A stretch of 63,061 nt of DNA, filler included, from Craspedostauros australis (lineage: Eukaryota), in NCBI GenBank assembly GCA_030167865.1. It is 14 parts of 14 records of this genome, joined end to end, with 100 filler letters (N's around TTAATTAATTAA, not from the genome) between each part and the next. Parts side by side here need not be neighbours in the genome. Positions count along the whole stretch, not along the records: positions 1 to 6,008 come from JALAGF010005245.1; positions 6,109 to 8,875 come from JALAGF010005247.1; positions 8,976 to 11,841 come from JALAGF010005248.1; positions 11,942 to 21,041 come from JALAGF010005249.1; 10 more parts are not named here. One strand, given 5' to 3'. Both the position numbers and the translations under genes were made by a program. Numbering within the stretch: the first letter of the stretch is position 1; every line of letters begins with the position of its first letter. Below are positions 1 through 12,001 of the stretch, piece after piece. A model generated the notes under the pieces. The model worked only from the letters and a program-made list of their open reading frames with translations. It was not told the origin of the DNA and did no database searches.

Positions 1-614
1 AGCAACGGCAGCAACGGCAGCAACGGAAGCAACGGAAGCAACAGCGATGATGGTAACAGCAACGGAAGCAACGCTAGCAACGGCAGCAACGGCAGCAACG
101 GAAGCAACGGCAGCAACGGAAGCAACAGCGATGATGGTAACAGCAACGGAAGCAACGCTAGCAATGGAAGCAACGCTAGCAATGGAAGCAACGCTAGCAA
201 CGGCAGCAANNNNNNNNNNNNNNNNNNNNNNNNNNNNNNNNNNNNNNNNNNNNNNNNNNTAACAGCAACGGAAGCAACGCTAGCAATGGAAGCAACGCTA
301 GCAATGGAAGCAACGGAAGCAACAACGATGATGGTAACAGCAATGGAAGCAACGGCAGCAACGGCAGCAATGGAAGCAACGGAAGCAACAGCGATGATGG
401 TAACAGCAACGGAAGCAACGCTAGCAACGGCAGCAATGGAAGCAACGGCAGCAATGGAAGCAACGCTAGCAACGGCAGCAACGCTAGCAACGGCAGCAAC
501 GCTAGCAACGGCAGCAACGCTAGCAACGGCAGCAATGGAAGCAACGGAAGCAACAGCGATGATGGTAACAGCAACGGAAGCAACGCTAGCAATGGAAGCA
601 ACGGCAGCGACTAA
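1..614 (+). CDS. 3' part of a low-complexity Ser-Asn-Gly repeat protein ((SNG)n with SNSDDGN and SNA variants); 5' end outside the window
   Basis: 9-bp repeat agcaacggc. The variants aac/aat and ggc/gga are synonymous only in the S-N-G frame, and that frame stops (TAA 612-614) exactly where the repeat ends. N gap at 210-259. Confidence 0.55.
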
Positions 615-1603
615 ACTGGACACCTCGCAACAGCTACTGCTGCCCAAACCAAGAAGGATAACACATGCATACAAAGAAAAATTAGAGTTAAACCACCATA
701 TTTTGTGCTTGTCGACGGCAGATTTGTTGTGCGCACTTGGGATTCCTGTGCAAATCGCGAGAAGCGACCAACCTTGAGCCTCGGGTTCCCTCCGACTCGT
801 AGAGTAGTTTGGCCTGTTTTCCGGCACACCCATTCTAATCAATTAATATTTCGTACGATCAGGTCGTAGTTGAGCGCAAGTATGGAGCAAGCGCAGGTAC
901 GAGATTGGACTCTGCACTCTTTGCGCAGGCTGCGATCCCAAAGCGACGCAGATGGTTCGGAACTGCCTCAATTCCGCCTAGTCGACCCGGCTAAAATTGT
1001 ATTCCGGCGAATCGGAGCAGTCCGCTGTTGGCGAAAAGTTTTTGGCGAAACAGAAACTGCGCCAACACAACCATGTTTTGTCTGTCGTCGTTTGAATTGG
1101 TGCTTTGGCACTGATTGTCGTGTTGCGTTGTGTTGGATTCTGTTTGTTTCCATCCCCCGAAAGCCGCAATGACACAATCAACACAATCAATACAATCAAT
1201 ACAATCAACGATATCACCTCCTGACAAGTGCGGTGGCGAGGGAGCGAGGTTGTACATGGAGCGCACTCATTGTCTGCCTGATCGCACTCGTAGCCAATAT
1301 CATATAGAGTGCGTGCCTTGACGTACCATCAGAAGGTGCAGATACAAGCCAAGTACGGTCGTGACTTGGGCGGATCGAGGGTGCAGCACTCCGCACAAGA
1401 CCACCGATCGCCATTCACAGCTGCCACACGCGCAACCACAACAACAAGAGCAAGTAAACACAAGAGGAAGATACTCAACGATATCCGACGATAACCAACA
1501 GCTCCTTCGAATACGTGAGAGTTCCATTGCTAGGAGAGCACTCTACTCTACTCTATTCACATTCACATCCATATTCACAGCAATCTGGGCGATCGCAAGC
1601 ACC

Positions 1604-4600
1604 ATGCCGTCACCGTTGCAGGGCGCAATGCAGACCATCCCGCAGCTCGTGGGGCCTGTCTACGATGTCGCAGCTGCATACCTGCGGCACGTGGTGCAAC
1701 GCATGGACATTCCAGCGTGGGATGTGTACTCCACGGCCTTCCAGACCTGCGCCCATGACTTGGTGCAATCCAGCCAATCGACGGCGACCTTCCTGTACTT
1801 GACATTCCGACCCGTCGCCATTTTATGCTGGATCATCCTGGAGATACTGGGGCGTGTTGGTCAGGTGCTATTCCAGCATCTGCTGGCTCAGGGTTGGCGC
1901 AGCGCGCAGAACGGCGCCATGCAGGCCAAGGCCGGCATCGTTTGGTTCTACATGTTCCAGCGGTCGCTGAGCCGAACGGAGGCTTTGGGCGAGATCGCCA
2001 TTTGCTGCGCGTTGGTGGTTGGCTACTATCTGCGGAAATGGCTCAAACGCCAAACCTACGTCGAGAGGGCCAGCAGATGGTGCTCTCGCAAGAAGCGGTA
2101 CATGGTCCAGGTACGTCCGCATGATCGTGCGCATGTGTGCGTGCGTGCGTGCGTGCATTTGTATGTCTGCGTGCGATGTGCTCTCCTGGACTGCATTGGT
2201 ATGGCATGGTATTATATTCCAGACAGTGTGTGGATGCAATATGCAACGTAGATTGGGCTCCAATTATCCATGAAGAGATGGAAGTGGAAGGGAGGAGAGA
2301 GATCAGCACAAGCCAAACAACATGAAGTCTCTGGACTCCACTCCCGAGTCGTGGATGGATCATCCCCACCACCACCATCGGCATTTTCCGTTACTTTGTG
2401 TTCCAAGTCCGTGTTTTGTGTGGAATGGTTTTTGACCGTTTTTCCACGGTCGCTGTCCTCTTTGTTGGCTTGACACTCCTCGCTCATTTTCTCACACACA
2501 TCACATCATTCGCCCTCAACCACCCTCCCACACACATCCATCGCACAAACGCAAACACAAATACAAACAAAATCCCACTGCGACCCGTCCCCGAACGAAC
2601 ATTCAACTGCACATGCGCACCTATCCGTATCATATGCGCATGATAGCAATACACCAGGACAGTCAACCGAATTGCCAAATTCTCGCTCCTTCTGGCCATG
2701 CTGACGCCTCATGCGGCCTTCTGGGGCGCTGCGGCGCTCTGCAAGATCATGCTCCCGCGAGTGCTTCGATGGCTGGCCATGGATACGTACGCCACCGTCC
2801 TTATCAGCGTTGCCTTCCCCATGATTAGCACGATTGGTTGGATTCACGCACAGCGCAATCCAGGATTGGAGACTGATGAAGCGAAGAAGAATGCAAAGAG
2901 TGCTAGCAATGTGAATGGCGTTGCTGCCAGCAACCAGGTAGCAGCTGTGGACAAACGCAACGCCAAGGAATCCTCGCCCAGGAAAGCACCGTCTCGCATT
3001 GCGACACGGTCATCTGCTCGCATCGCCGAGGCAAAATCGAAGCGAGCTGCATCTGCATCATCCTCATTGTCGTCATCCTCGTCGTCCGAACGCAAATCGA
3101 AGGACCTGCCAGCGTACATGAAGACCACCAAGGCGCAGCAGAGCCGAGAGGAGACGACGAGATCGAGAACGAGTGCACGCAAGAAGCTGGATGTCTTCCC
3201 TCGCACCTCGCCGTCCAAAAAGCGACGCGGGGATAGCTCCAAAGACAGCAGCAACCAAGCAGTGGCATCAGCACAATCTCAACCGCCCATCATCCCAATG
3301 GACTCCGGTTCCTACTGGCTGCGATATTGGATCGTTTATGCGTCCTTCCAGCTTCTGGGAAGATCAATCATGCTGGTTCCCATCTTCGGAAGAATGGTCA
3401 CGCGCCACACCATGCTGGTGACGTTGACGTCGGAATTCCGGCTGTTCTTCTTCATCTGGATCTTCACCATGGAACGCACTCTGCGCCAAAATTTCGATAC
3501 CAGCGATGGATTCGTGGCTCAGGCATTGCCGCTCCAGCTGCTCCTGCAGAGAATCCAGCCCATCGTCACCTCATTCCATGAACAAGTATCGCAGGCAGTC
3601 TCGGTCGAAACATGGGAATCCATGGCTGTCAGTCGCGCGAAACAAGTGCTGGGTGCTCTGGTGCTCATCCGTTTCATCTCGGAAGACCGTAAGGCCTGGC
3701 TGATCCATCTCATCGAAGAGGGGCGCGTGCTCGTCATTCCGTCCATCACGCTGATGATGCCCGGCTTCGTAACCCAATTCGGCGTCATGTACGTTCAATT
3801 TCTCCTCCCAGCGGCAAAATCCATCAATAACTACGAGAATGACAGCACGGATGGTAAGCAGCTGCACCTGGAGTATTGGACTCTCAACATCATCGTCGCC
3901 GGCTTTTTGCAATGGTTCTCGTCATTGCTTTGGTGGATTCCATTTTCCACACACGCCATCTTCATTCTGTGGTGCTACCTCACGCTGCCGAAGACCATCA
4001 CGCAGCTGTACGACATCTTTGAATTGGAGCTGGTCGCATTTGGACTGATTGCGAAGCCGGGTCACGAGAGCATGGATATCAACGATACTCGCACCATGCG
4101 ATTGGTCAAGGTCGTGGCTGCCCGGCTCCCAAGCGCGGACGCATCTGACAACAGCAAGGACGATCAAGAGGGCCCTGCTGTAGGCGATCATGACAGCCGT
4201 GGTGGTGGCAGCGTATCTGACAATGACAGCGTCTACAATGATGGCGATGACAAGAGCAACGAGCCCACAGCTCAGGCCAAGCCACTCATCGATGATGGGA
4301 CACAAGAACAGAAGCAGGCGTCAGGGCAGGCACAGAGTCAACCACAATCGGCGACTGCAACAGACCCAACTGCGCCAACCACCACCATCACCATCAACAA
4401 GGAAAACAATGGCGCCGCAAACGCAGAAGTTGACGAGAGCCCGGGCGTGTGCAAGAAGCAGGGCGCATGGCAGAACGCCAACCCCACGCAGAAGCGCGCA
4501 CAGGCAGCGGAGAATGGTCCGGAGCATGAATCATCGTCATCATCCTCTGGGACTGCGACTGCAAAGAGAGGAATGGGAGTACTGGGGGATGTCTCCTGCA

Positions 4601-4605
4601 ATTGA
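1604..4605 (+). CDS. Membrane protein with two HVA22/TB2-DP1 (REEP)-like segments; exons 1604-2110 and 2647-4605 (~821 aa)
   Basis: CAG|GTACGT donor at 2111 and TAG| acceptor at 2646 join the two long ORFs in phase 0 (..RYMVQ|QYTRTVNR..). Motifs YWLRYWIVYA..FFIWIF and LEYWTLN..WWIPF..FILWCYL resemble HVA22. Start codon uncertain. Confidence 0.7.
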
Positions 4606-4982
4606 ATCGGCGTTCACAATCGACGCCGCGCGTGACGAGCTGCACAAGGAGACAAGCACGCAGGTATCTCACGGCATCGATGAATGAATGAATGAATGGA
4701 TGGATTTGGAATCCTTCCACCCACTCCGATGCTCGTCGATGCAATCCCATTCACACTTATGAGTACGTAGGAAACTGATTCAAGTCGAACGGAGCAGTAT
4801 AGGGCATTGGAATTTTAACGCGCTTGCAAGATCAGCAACGTGAACACCCTGTCATTTTAGAAGCACGTCGCAGCTGCAGCTATCCCATTCAATACGACGA
4901 CAGCAACAACCATGTGCTCTTTGGTGTAAGTGCGATTGTGTTATGCCATCATGACGAAGTACATGCATCTGTCATCACTACC

Positions 4983-5906
4983 TCACGACTTGTACGCAAC
5001 GATGTAGGCAATCCAAGACCCATCGTTCGGAGCGCTTTTCGCAGGAACGAACTCGCCAAAGTTGCCATCGAAGGCGTCCCCTTCCTCCTCCTCCAACTCC
5101 CAGTACACCTGCACCTTGTGGAAGTGCGCCCCTAGCAGAACGTCTCTCAGCTCCGGCAAGGACCACAGCCTCCATTCGTATGAGAATGCCTTGTGATGAC
5201 CCGTGCCATCGGGGAAGCTGAAGTGGATGTGGCACCTGGCAACGTTGGTGATGGCATCGAACGAAGCTTGTTCCCACCAATACGTGAATCCCACGTCCTT
5301 GTGCTTCGTGGATTCCAGACAGACGGTCTGCGCATCGGGACCACCATGGAGATCCAGCACCATGCATCCCTCCTCGTGCAAGGCATCGCGGCAGGTTTTG
5401 AAGTACTCGCGCAGCTGCCGTCGATCTTGAAAGAGCATCCATGAGAAGTTCTGCGCTGCAATGACATTAAACCGAATGGCGTCGTCATCCGCGTTTGATG
5501 TTGTGGTTGATTTCGACCACGGTACAGGATGCGACGATGGCACCCCATCCAACACGTCCCCCTCAATCAACATCAGACGCGATTGCTGCTCGTGCGTCAG
5601 CCGCGACACGTGATTTTCCTTGCCATACTCCAACGTATCGTGATCCAAATGAATACCGCATGCCTTGTTGTCGGGATGCAGCTTGATCCATTCGCATGCC
5701 ATGACGGCCGTACCACAGAAGTCTTCGCGGATCGTGCGTGGTGAGCGTCGGTACCGATCACCGAAGGCGACTTCCAGGAACTCTGCATCGGCTTGCGGAG
5801 ATTGGACACTGTATTCGTACAGCTGGTGGATGTTCCAGTCCTGAGCTTCTGTGCGAGGGTGGCTGGCCTTCTTCTTCGCTCTCTTTGTCTTCTTTCTACG
5901 CATCAT
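4983..5906 (-). CDS. Class I SAM-dependent methyltransferase (REDFCGTA-motif family), intronless
   Basis: 307-aa ORF with LYEYSVQSP, REDFCGTA, AQNFSW, GCMVLDLHGG, YWWEQ..FD, FSYEWRLWSLPELRD and terminal WIAYIVA. Confidence 0.85.
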   Translation of the reverse strand: MMRRKKTKRAKKKASHPRTEAQDWNIHQLYEYSVQSPQADAEFLEVAFGDRYRRSPRTIREDFCGTAVMACEWIKLHPDNKACGIHLDHDTLEYGKENHVSRLTHEQQSRLMLIEGDVLDGVPSSHPVPWSKSTTTSNADDDAIRFNVIAAQNFSWMLFQDRRQLREYFKTCRDALHEEGCMVLDLHGGPDAQTVCLESTKHKDVGFTYWWEQASFDAITNVARCHIHFSFPDGTGHHKAFSYEWRLWSLPELRDVLLGAHFHKVQVYWELEEEEGDAFDGNFGEFVPAKSAPNDGSWIAYIVAYKS

Positions 5907-6052
5907 TGCCTTCTTCGGTGCTTGTGCTGTCCTGCACGGTTGCTCCGTGGATGCACTTGGTGCCGTTGGATCGGTCGCTTTCGAACATGATTGGATATTT
6001 GTGGCAACNNNNNNNNNNNNNNNNNNNNNNNNNNNNNNNNNNNNNNNNNNNN

Positions 6053-6064
6053 TTAATTAATTAA
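6053..6064. other. Artificial contig linker TTAATTAATTAA flanked by Ns (also at ~8920, 11886, 21086, 22480, 26232, 27807, 30525, 43797, 53663, 56082, 57322, 60348)
   Basis: Identical 12-mer with stops in all six frames, always embedded in N runs. Confidence 0.97.
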
Positions 6065-6240
6065 NNNNNNNNNNNNNNNNNNNNNNNNNNNNNNNNNNNN
6101 NNNNNNNNCAGTGGTGTGCTGTGCTTGTTGCATGTTCATGCAGTGTTTGTATTGTCACCTTCTTGCACTCCTCTTGCTCAGTTCACTTCCATCGAGACTA
6201 GTCTTCTCCATCCACTCTTCAGTATCAATCAATCAACATC

Positions 6241-6840
6241 ATGCTCGTCTCTACTGCGAAAGCTGCGTCCAAGACTGCTTGTCATTCCCCCTCCAAGAAG
6301 CAACGTCTGCCTTCCTCTCCGTCCAATCCAATTGATCCCATGGGACTGTCTGCGCCATCCACTGCTGAGAACGTGTTGCCTTGATTGGATATGGATGGTA
6401 AGCAGCACATTCCACCACCTACAACGGACAAGCTCAAGCCTCCTATGCTCAATGGCGTGGCCTTCGACAACGAGCGTGACGTTGAAATCATAACCAACAA
6501 AGAACAGAATCGCACACTCCAGCAAAAGCGCAACAAACACAACGAACACAACAACCTCGCAACCACCGACGAACACAAACAACACTGATGCAGGAATCGT
6601 GCCTGTACAACAAACAACATCAGAAGAGGAGGAAATCGCATGAGACGCAAACCATGTAGGAAAAATACAGAGTCTCGTGAGATGGTGGAACAAAATGTGA
6701 GGACACAATTGCTTGGAAGAGTCAGAGCCGCAATGCAGGGACTAAACAAACAGATTAGCATTGGAGTTGACGTCGACAATCCTGTTGTTGGCGATACCAG
6801 CAAAGGCACCAAGACACCAAGTCTGGTCGTGGTGAGCTAG
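6241..6840 (+). pseudogene. Putative ~200-codon reading frame with two in-frame TGA stops; product unknown
   Basis: ATG at 6241 is in frame with track ORFs 6385-6588 and 6640-6840; the only interruptions are TGA at 6382-6384 and 6586-6588. Confidence 0.35.
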
Positions 6841-7367
6841 CCGTGTCTAGATATGCACACAATCAATGGGTCGATATCAATTAAAATATTGCCTTCTAGC
6901 AAAATCGGGTTCCACTAAGAATCTAAAAATTATATCTAGTTTAAGAGTATGTGAGTAGTATGGTTGAAAGCCCCGTATGTTGCCACCACTCCATGACCGA
7001 CTGCAGGTGCCGTCACACAACCTCAAGTGGTAAATCACTTGAGGTCGTTGGGAATTGTCGGAGATGAAACACGGGCAGTTGTTGGCATCTCGGCGACAGA
7101 TCCGCAGTAGGACACCTGCGGCAATGGCTGTGCGATCGTATCCAAAACCAATCCAGCCTCCGACTTCTGACCCTCCATCATCGTGTGCTTGTTGCGCCGC
7201 CTGTGCGCTCTCATCATTTGTGCGCTCACATCACTCGCGTAAATTTAGCAACAATGGATTGAAGCACGTGTCCTCACATCCTCACAAAAAGCAAAACCTG
7301 TATAGATTCACCCATCAAACGCCAAAAGCCAACACCAACCAACAAAACAACAACCAACGCCAACACC

Positions 7368-8642
7368 ATGAAGCTCTCCGTTTCCTCTGCCATCGCTGCC
7401 ACCCTCATGGGCATGTTCTCCGCCACCAATGCCGACATCCGCTTGGCGGACTTTACCTATGGCAGCAACGGCTGGGAGACGAAGTTCGACAACGTCATCC
7501 CTGGTGGATCCTCCGTGGGCAAATTCATGCCGGTAGGTGGTGGTTCCTGTTGGAAATCCGGGGTTAGTGTTAGTAAGACCTAATTCGTTGTTAGACCGTA
7601 CTATTCAGAACTGTGAGCTCATTCTCTTCNNNNNNNNNNNNNNNNNNNNNNNNNNNNNNNNNNNNNNNNNNNNNNNNNNNNNNNNNNNNNNNNNNNNNNN
7701 NNNNNNNNNNNNNNNNNNNNNNNNNNNNTCATGCACATCGTCGTGCATATCCGTAGGCATTCTTTCCATGCACCTTGTCGTGCATATCCTTATTCTACAT
7801 TCCCTGCGGTACAATTCCACAGTCTTGCGTTTTGCTCTTGATCTCCTGACACCGAACTTTCCGATTGGTGTCATGATTGGTGTCATGGCTGATGCGCTTT
7901 CTGAGTTGTTCTAGTCCGTGGGTGACACGTGCCATGATCTCCAGATGGGGTGATCATCAATGTGTCGGTCATCATCTTCCTTCACATGATTTAGATATCG
8001 TGGCCTTTTCTTGATTCATAGAGGACAGGCTTGTTTGCTTGGTAAGACTGAGGTCATTCCCGTGTGATTCGTGTCGTGGGTGGAATGGANAATATTCAAT
8101 GGTGTGACGAATAATATCCAAAGGTGTGACAAATAATGTTGGGAGTTGCGGCAATCATGGGTATCTTTCCGACATAGTCGTACCCTCGATTCCTGACAGG
8201 TTCCACCTTTGTTGGGTTTGTCAATTTCCAGCCATTCATCGGCGGACCAGGATTCGTCAAGACCGTTGGCACCAAGTCCTTCCCCAACATCGCTGGCTGC
8301 GCTGCCATCGAGATCACCATGATCCCCTTCAACGGCTACAAGGCATACTGCGTCACCTTCGGAGATGTTCCTCCAACTCCCGATATGCCAATTCCATTCG
8401 AGTGGCGCGCCGCCATCCCTATCTCTGGACCAGGCATCAACAGATACACCATCCCACTCGATGAGTTCAGCAATGCCTGGGACTTTGCCACCGGCAAGAT
8501 CATCACCCCATGCTCTGCTGACCAAAGTGTCTGCCCAACCCCAGCTGTGCTGTCCAACATCCAGTTCATGGAAATCTGGGCCCAAGGAGTCGAGGGACCG
8601 TTCTCCACTGCTCTCTTCACCATCAAGGCAGTCGGTTGCTAA
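7368..8642 (+). CDS. Secreted CIA30 (complex I intermediate-associated protein 30)-like domain protein, interrupted by an insertion at 7548-8198
   Basis: Signal peptide MKLSVSSAIAATLMGMFSATNA. Removing the insertion plus one TSD gives an unbroken frame ..WETKFDNVIPGGSS..PVGGGS|TFVGFV..PGFVK..FPNIAGC..IPLDEFSNAWDFATG..EIWAQGVEGPF..IKAVGC*. Confidence 0.7.
7548..8198 (-). mobile_element. Short TG...CA element (solo-LTR-like or non-autonomous), 6-bp TSD GGTTCC
   Basis: Ends TGTTGGAAATCCGGGG ... GTACCCTCGATTCCTGACA; GGTTCC at 7542-7547 and 8199-8204. Strand is relative to the TGTCAGG-first copies. Confidence 0.9.
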
Positions 8643-9376
8643 ATTGACAGTCGTGGCCTCCGCCCTCTTCGAGTAGGGTTGTGGATATGGATCCGGGTGC
8701 GCGAATTCAAGCAGATCCTGCCAATGCCAACTGGATGATGATTGCAAACCTAGCACATCATCACGCAGAATCGGGTGTTGCCATGCGGACCCATGAACAG
8801 CTGCAGCAGCACCCGCACCATTCACATGTCCAAACTCCTTGTCAATAGAAATGCAAAGACCGAATCTTTCGCCACNNNNNNNNNNNNNNNNNNNNNNNNN
8901 NNNNNNNNNNNNNNNNNNNTTAATTAATTAANNNNNNNNNNNNNNNNNNNNNNNNNNNNNNNNNNNNNNNNNNNNTCTGCCTCTGGAATTTTGGGGAAGG
9001 CAAACGCCAAGAGCAAACGGGATGCATCTTCAGGAACGTTCTCAGAATGATGCAAGAGGTCAAGGGAAAACCTCGTTCCTACAATGCACAGGATGTTTCC
9101 CTTTTTGCCTCCTGTCACCCAATCGAGCGTTCATGTGAGTCAGTGGTTGTGGAAAAGGGATCCACAGTTGTGTGAGAAGACAGATGAGGTTGNNNNNNNN
9201 NNNNNNNNNNNNNNNNNNNNNNNNNNNNNNNNNNNNNNNNNNNNNNNNNNNNNNNNNNNNNNNNNNNNNNNNNNNNNNNNNNNNNNNNNNNNNNNNNNNN
9301 NNNNNNNNNNNNNNNNNNNNNNNNNNNNNNNNNNNNNNGATACGTTTCATCTTGTGCATTCAGATATAGATGGGTG

Positions 9377-11445
9377 CTAGTTGGGAAATTGTGCACATGT
9401 TCCACATTTCCGATGCGACTCCTCTTTCAGTTTTGTGTTCTGAGTTGTTCTCGTCTTCATCTCTACAATGAATACCTCATTGTGTGCATCATTGGTTGGA
9501 TCCCCCACAATGCTCAGGAAATCGATGGAGGCATGTACGTAGGTTTTGCTCTGTTTCTGGACGAGGCCAGCATGAAATGCGGCCTTGATGGTCATGTTGA
9601 TTCCACTCACATGTTCGCAGTCCATGGCTGCTCTCATCAGTAGTTCCTCGTTTGCGTGTCCCAGACGTGTGTAGGCATAGGATTTACCATACCAGGCCTT
9701 CATGAACCATGCCTGCAAAGCCGTCTTTGCAAGCCGTTGCTGCAGTTCCAGAAACTGGGGTGATGCGGTGCCATCACTTCCTTTGCTGGGCACATCATTT
9801 TCGTTGCATTCTCCTTGTGTATCAGTCTTGAGACTGGAGGTACTGTTCCTTGTTGCTGCCGTGGCTTCTTCTGCATTGTTGGACAGGGATGACAGAGCGC
9901 TGTGCTCTGAGCTACCTCTATTTTCACGTGCAGCTGTGCTATCATCTGGTAGGCATGCGTCAGTGAATGCTGATGTGTCTGCAGCCTCTGCTCTACTGGA
10001 AGCACCTGCATTCGACACAGATGTGGCAGTAGTGGGTGGACCAGAGGCAGATGTGATCGATGCTGCAGTGTTGGAAGCTGGCATGCCTGATGTGCAAGGG
10101 GTCGGTGTGTTGAATGTGGACGATGTAGATTGTGAGGCAGGTGAGTCCGAAGTCTTGGGCGCAGATGCCGCAGCTGCGGCTTCTTCAGTGGGGTGTGTGT
10201 TGCATGCCGAAGTTTGAAGATATGGAGGATTGAGCTGGAGATGAAGGGAGAGCGAAAGTGCTGGCAACTGAGGTTGTAGATGTTCAAGTCTGCCAGCAGA
10301 CAAAGATTGTCCTTGATGGCAGTGGACGGACTTTGTGCGCCTTGATGCTGGTGTGAGTCGAGATGGCCTCGTCCATGTAGAAGCAGATGACCTCGTGCTG
10401 TGCATTGTAGCTGTGGATGGAGGAGGAGCTAATGTGGCAGACATCAGTGCGGACGATGTGAATGAAGGGGAGGCACAACAACTGCATGTACTAGGTGCAA
10501 TTGTATACCTTCCAGAGTCGCGGTTGATGCTGGCTGCAGCATCACTTGACTGCTGGGTTGCAGCAGCCTGAGCAGCACTGACTCCCTTCTCACGGGCGAT
10601 GCCGTGCGAGTCCTGCAGTTGTTTGTCGTCTGGCTAGGAGATGGGATGGAATGGTTTGCATTGGTCGAAGCAGCCATCATTGCAGTCTTGTAGAGGATGT
10701 CCATGTCCTTTGAAAGCTGCTTCATGCACAGCCATTGAAAACGGTTTGGCAGCACCATGCAGTGCTTGCGATTTGCCTTCCCATGGGTGCTCAGGGTGAG
10801 GCTGAGCTTGTTTTGCAACGTCTTGGCTGGACGCTTGTTTCCGTTGCACGAGTGCAGACAGGTGCAGACTTTCTGCTGAGCAGTCATCCTCTGACCATTG
10901 CGCAACAGAGGCTCATAGGTTGGCCTCTAATTTCAATGAGTTGTCTTGTTCATTTGTGAGCTGCTTGTAGTGCACCTTTGCATCAAGCAAGGCCTTTCCC
11001 ACAGCAACACAAACTCTACCGTGTTGGGATCCAGCATCTTCCATTGCAGGCCCATAGAAGCCACTTGTTCTGGTTCTGTCAGAGCTGGTTGTTCAACAGT
11101 TCCGGATGTGCCAGTTGCAGATGTGCTGGTTGTAGTTGTGTTAGTGCGAGCATCATTAGGGATAATGATGTTGGTGGCAGCAACAATGGCAGCAATCAGC
11201 ATGGCTGCTGGTGCATCGTTGGCCACATGAGCATTGCCAACAGGGTAGACACCAGTATCGACGTTGTTGGCGTCAACATTGCTTTCGTTGTGGACACCAA
11301 GGATGTCATCATTGTTGTCACTGTCAAGATCGATTGGGGTATCAATAACCCAGTCTACGTATGAACTGTCGGTGTCATTGTTGCTGTGGTTGGTTGCGTC
11401 TGCTATGTGCTCGATGAGGGATGCGATGTCAGGCAAAGTACTCAC
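9377..11445 (-). pseudogene. Decayed long ORF with a C-terminal YqaJ/lambda-exonuclease-like PD-(D/E)xK domain; probably transposon-derived
   Basis: Motif order LGHANE..AGLV..HASIDF..VEMKTR at ~9420-9670; collinear minus-strand ORF pieces broken by stops and frameshifts; CpG-poor, TG/CA-rich. Confidence 0.5.
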
Positions 11446-11941
11446 GATGAAACAAGCTTCTTGAAGCTGGTGGGAACCTAAACAGTGTTATATTAGAGGA
11501 ACATTTGATGATGAAAGACGTTGATGGTACTGAAGGGGACGACAATTATGATAAAAAGCTTGTGGTTACATACAAAGTTGTTGTGTTACTGTCTACAAGT
11601 CTATTGAAGTCCAAGGATGCGGTTGACAACACGTAAATCAACGCGACAAAATACGAAGCCAGCATCACAACCAGAACGCAACCGAGAGAAACAGGGAAAT
11701 TGGAGGAGGTGGAGTGGTCAAAGTAGTCTTTTCTCAGATGAGCGAAATTCGACTACTTTTCGAATGATTCTGGCTTGCTTGCGTGCTCAGGACGCGAAAT
11801 GAAGCACTCGCAGGCACACAGATGACAGTCTTCTATTGCTTNNNNNNNNNNNNNNNNNNNNNNNNNNNNNNNNNNNNNNNNNNNNTTAATTAATTAANNN
11901 NNNNNNNNNNNNNNNNNNNNNNNNNNNNNNNNNNNNNNNNN

Positions 11942-12001
<60 letters not shown>

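Noticed and set aside
286..777. Antifreeze-glycoprotein-like Thr-Ala-Ala ORF
   Set aside because: Repeat variation is non-synonymous in this frame and synonymous in the SNG frame.
6053..6064. Recurring TTAATTAATTAA palindrome
   Set aside because: Assembly linker inside N runs; not biological, and gene neighbourhoods across it carry no meaning.
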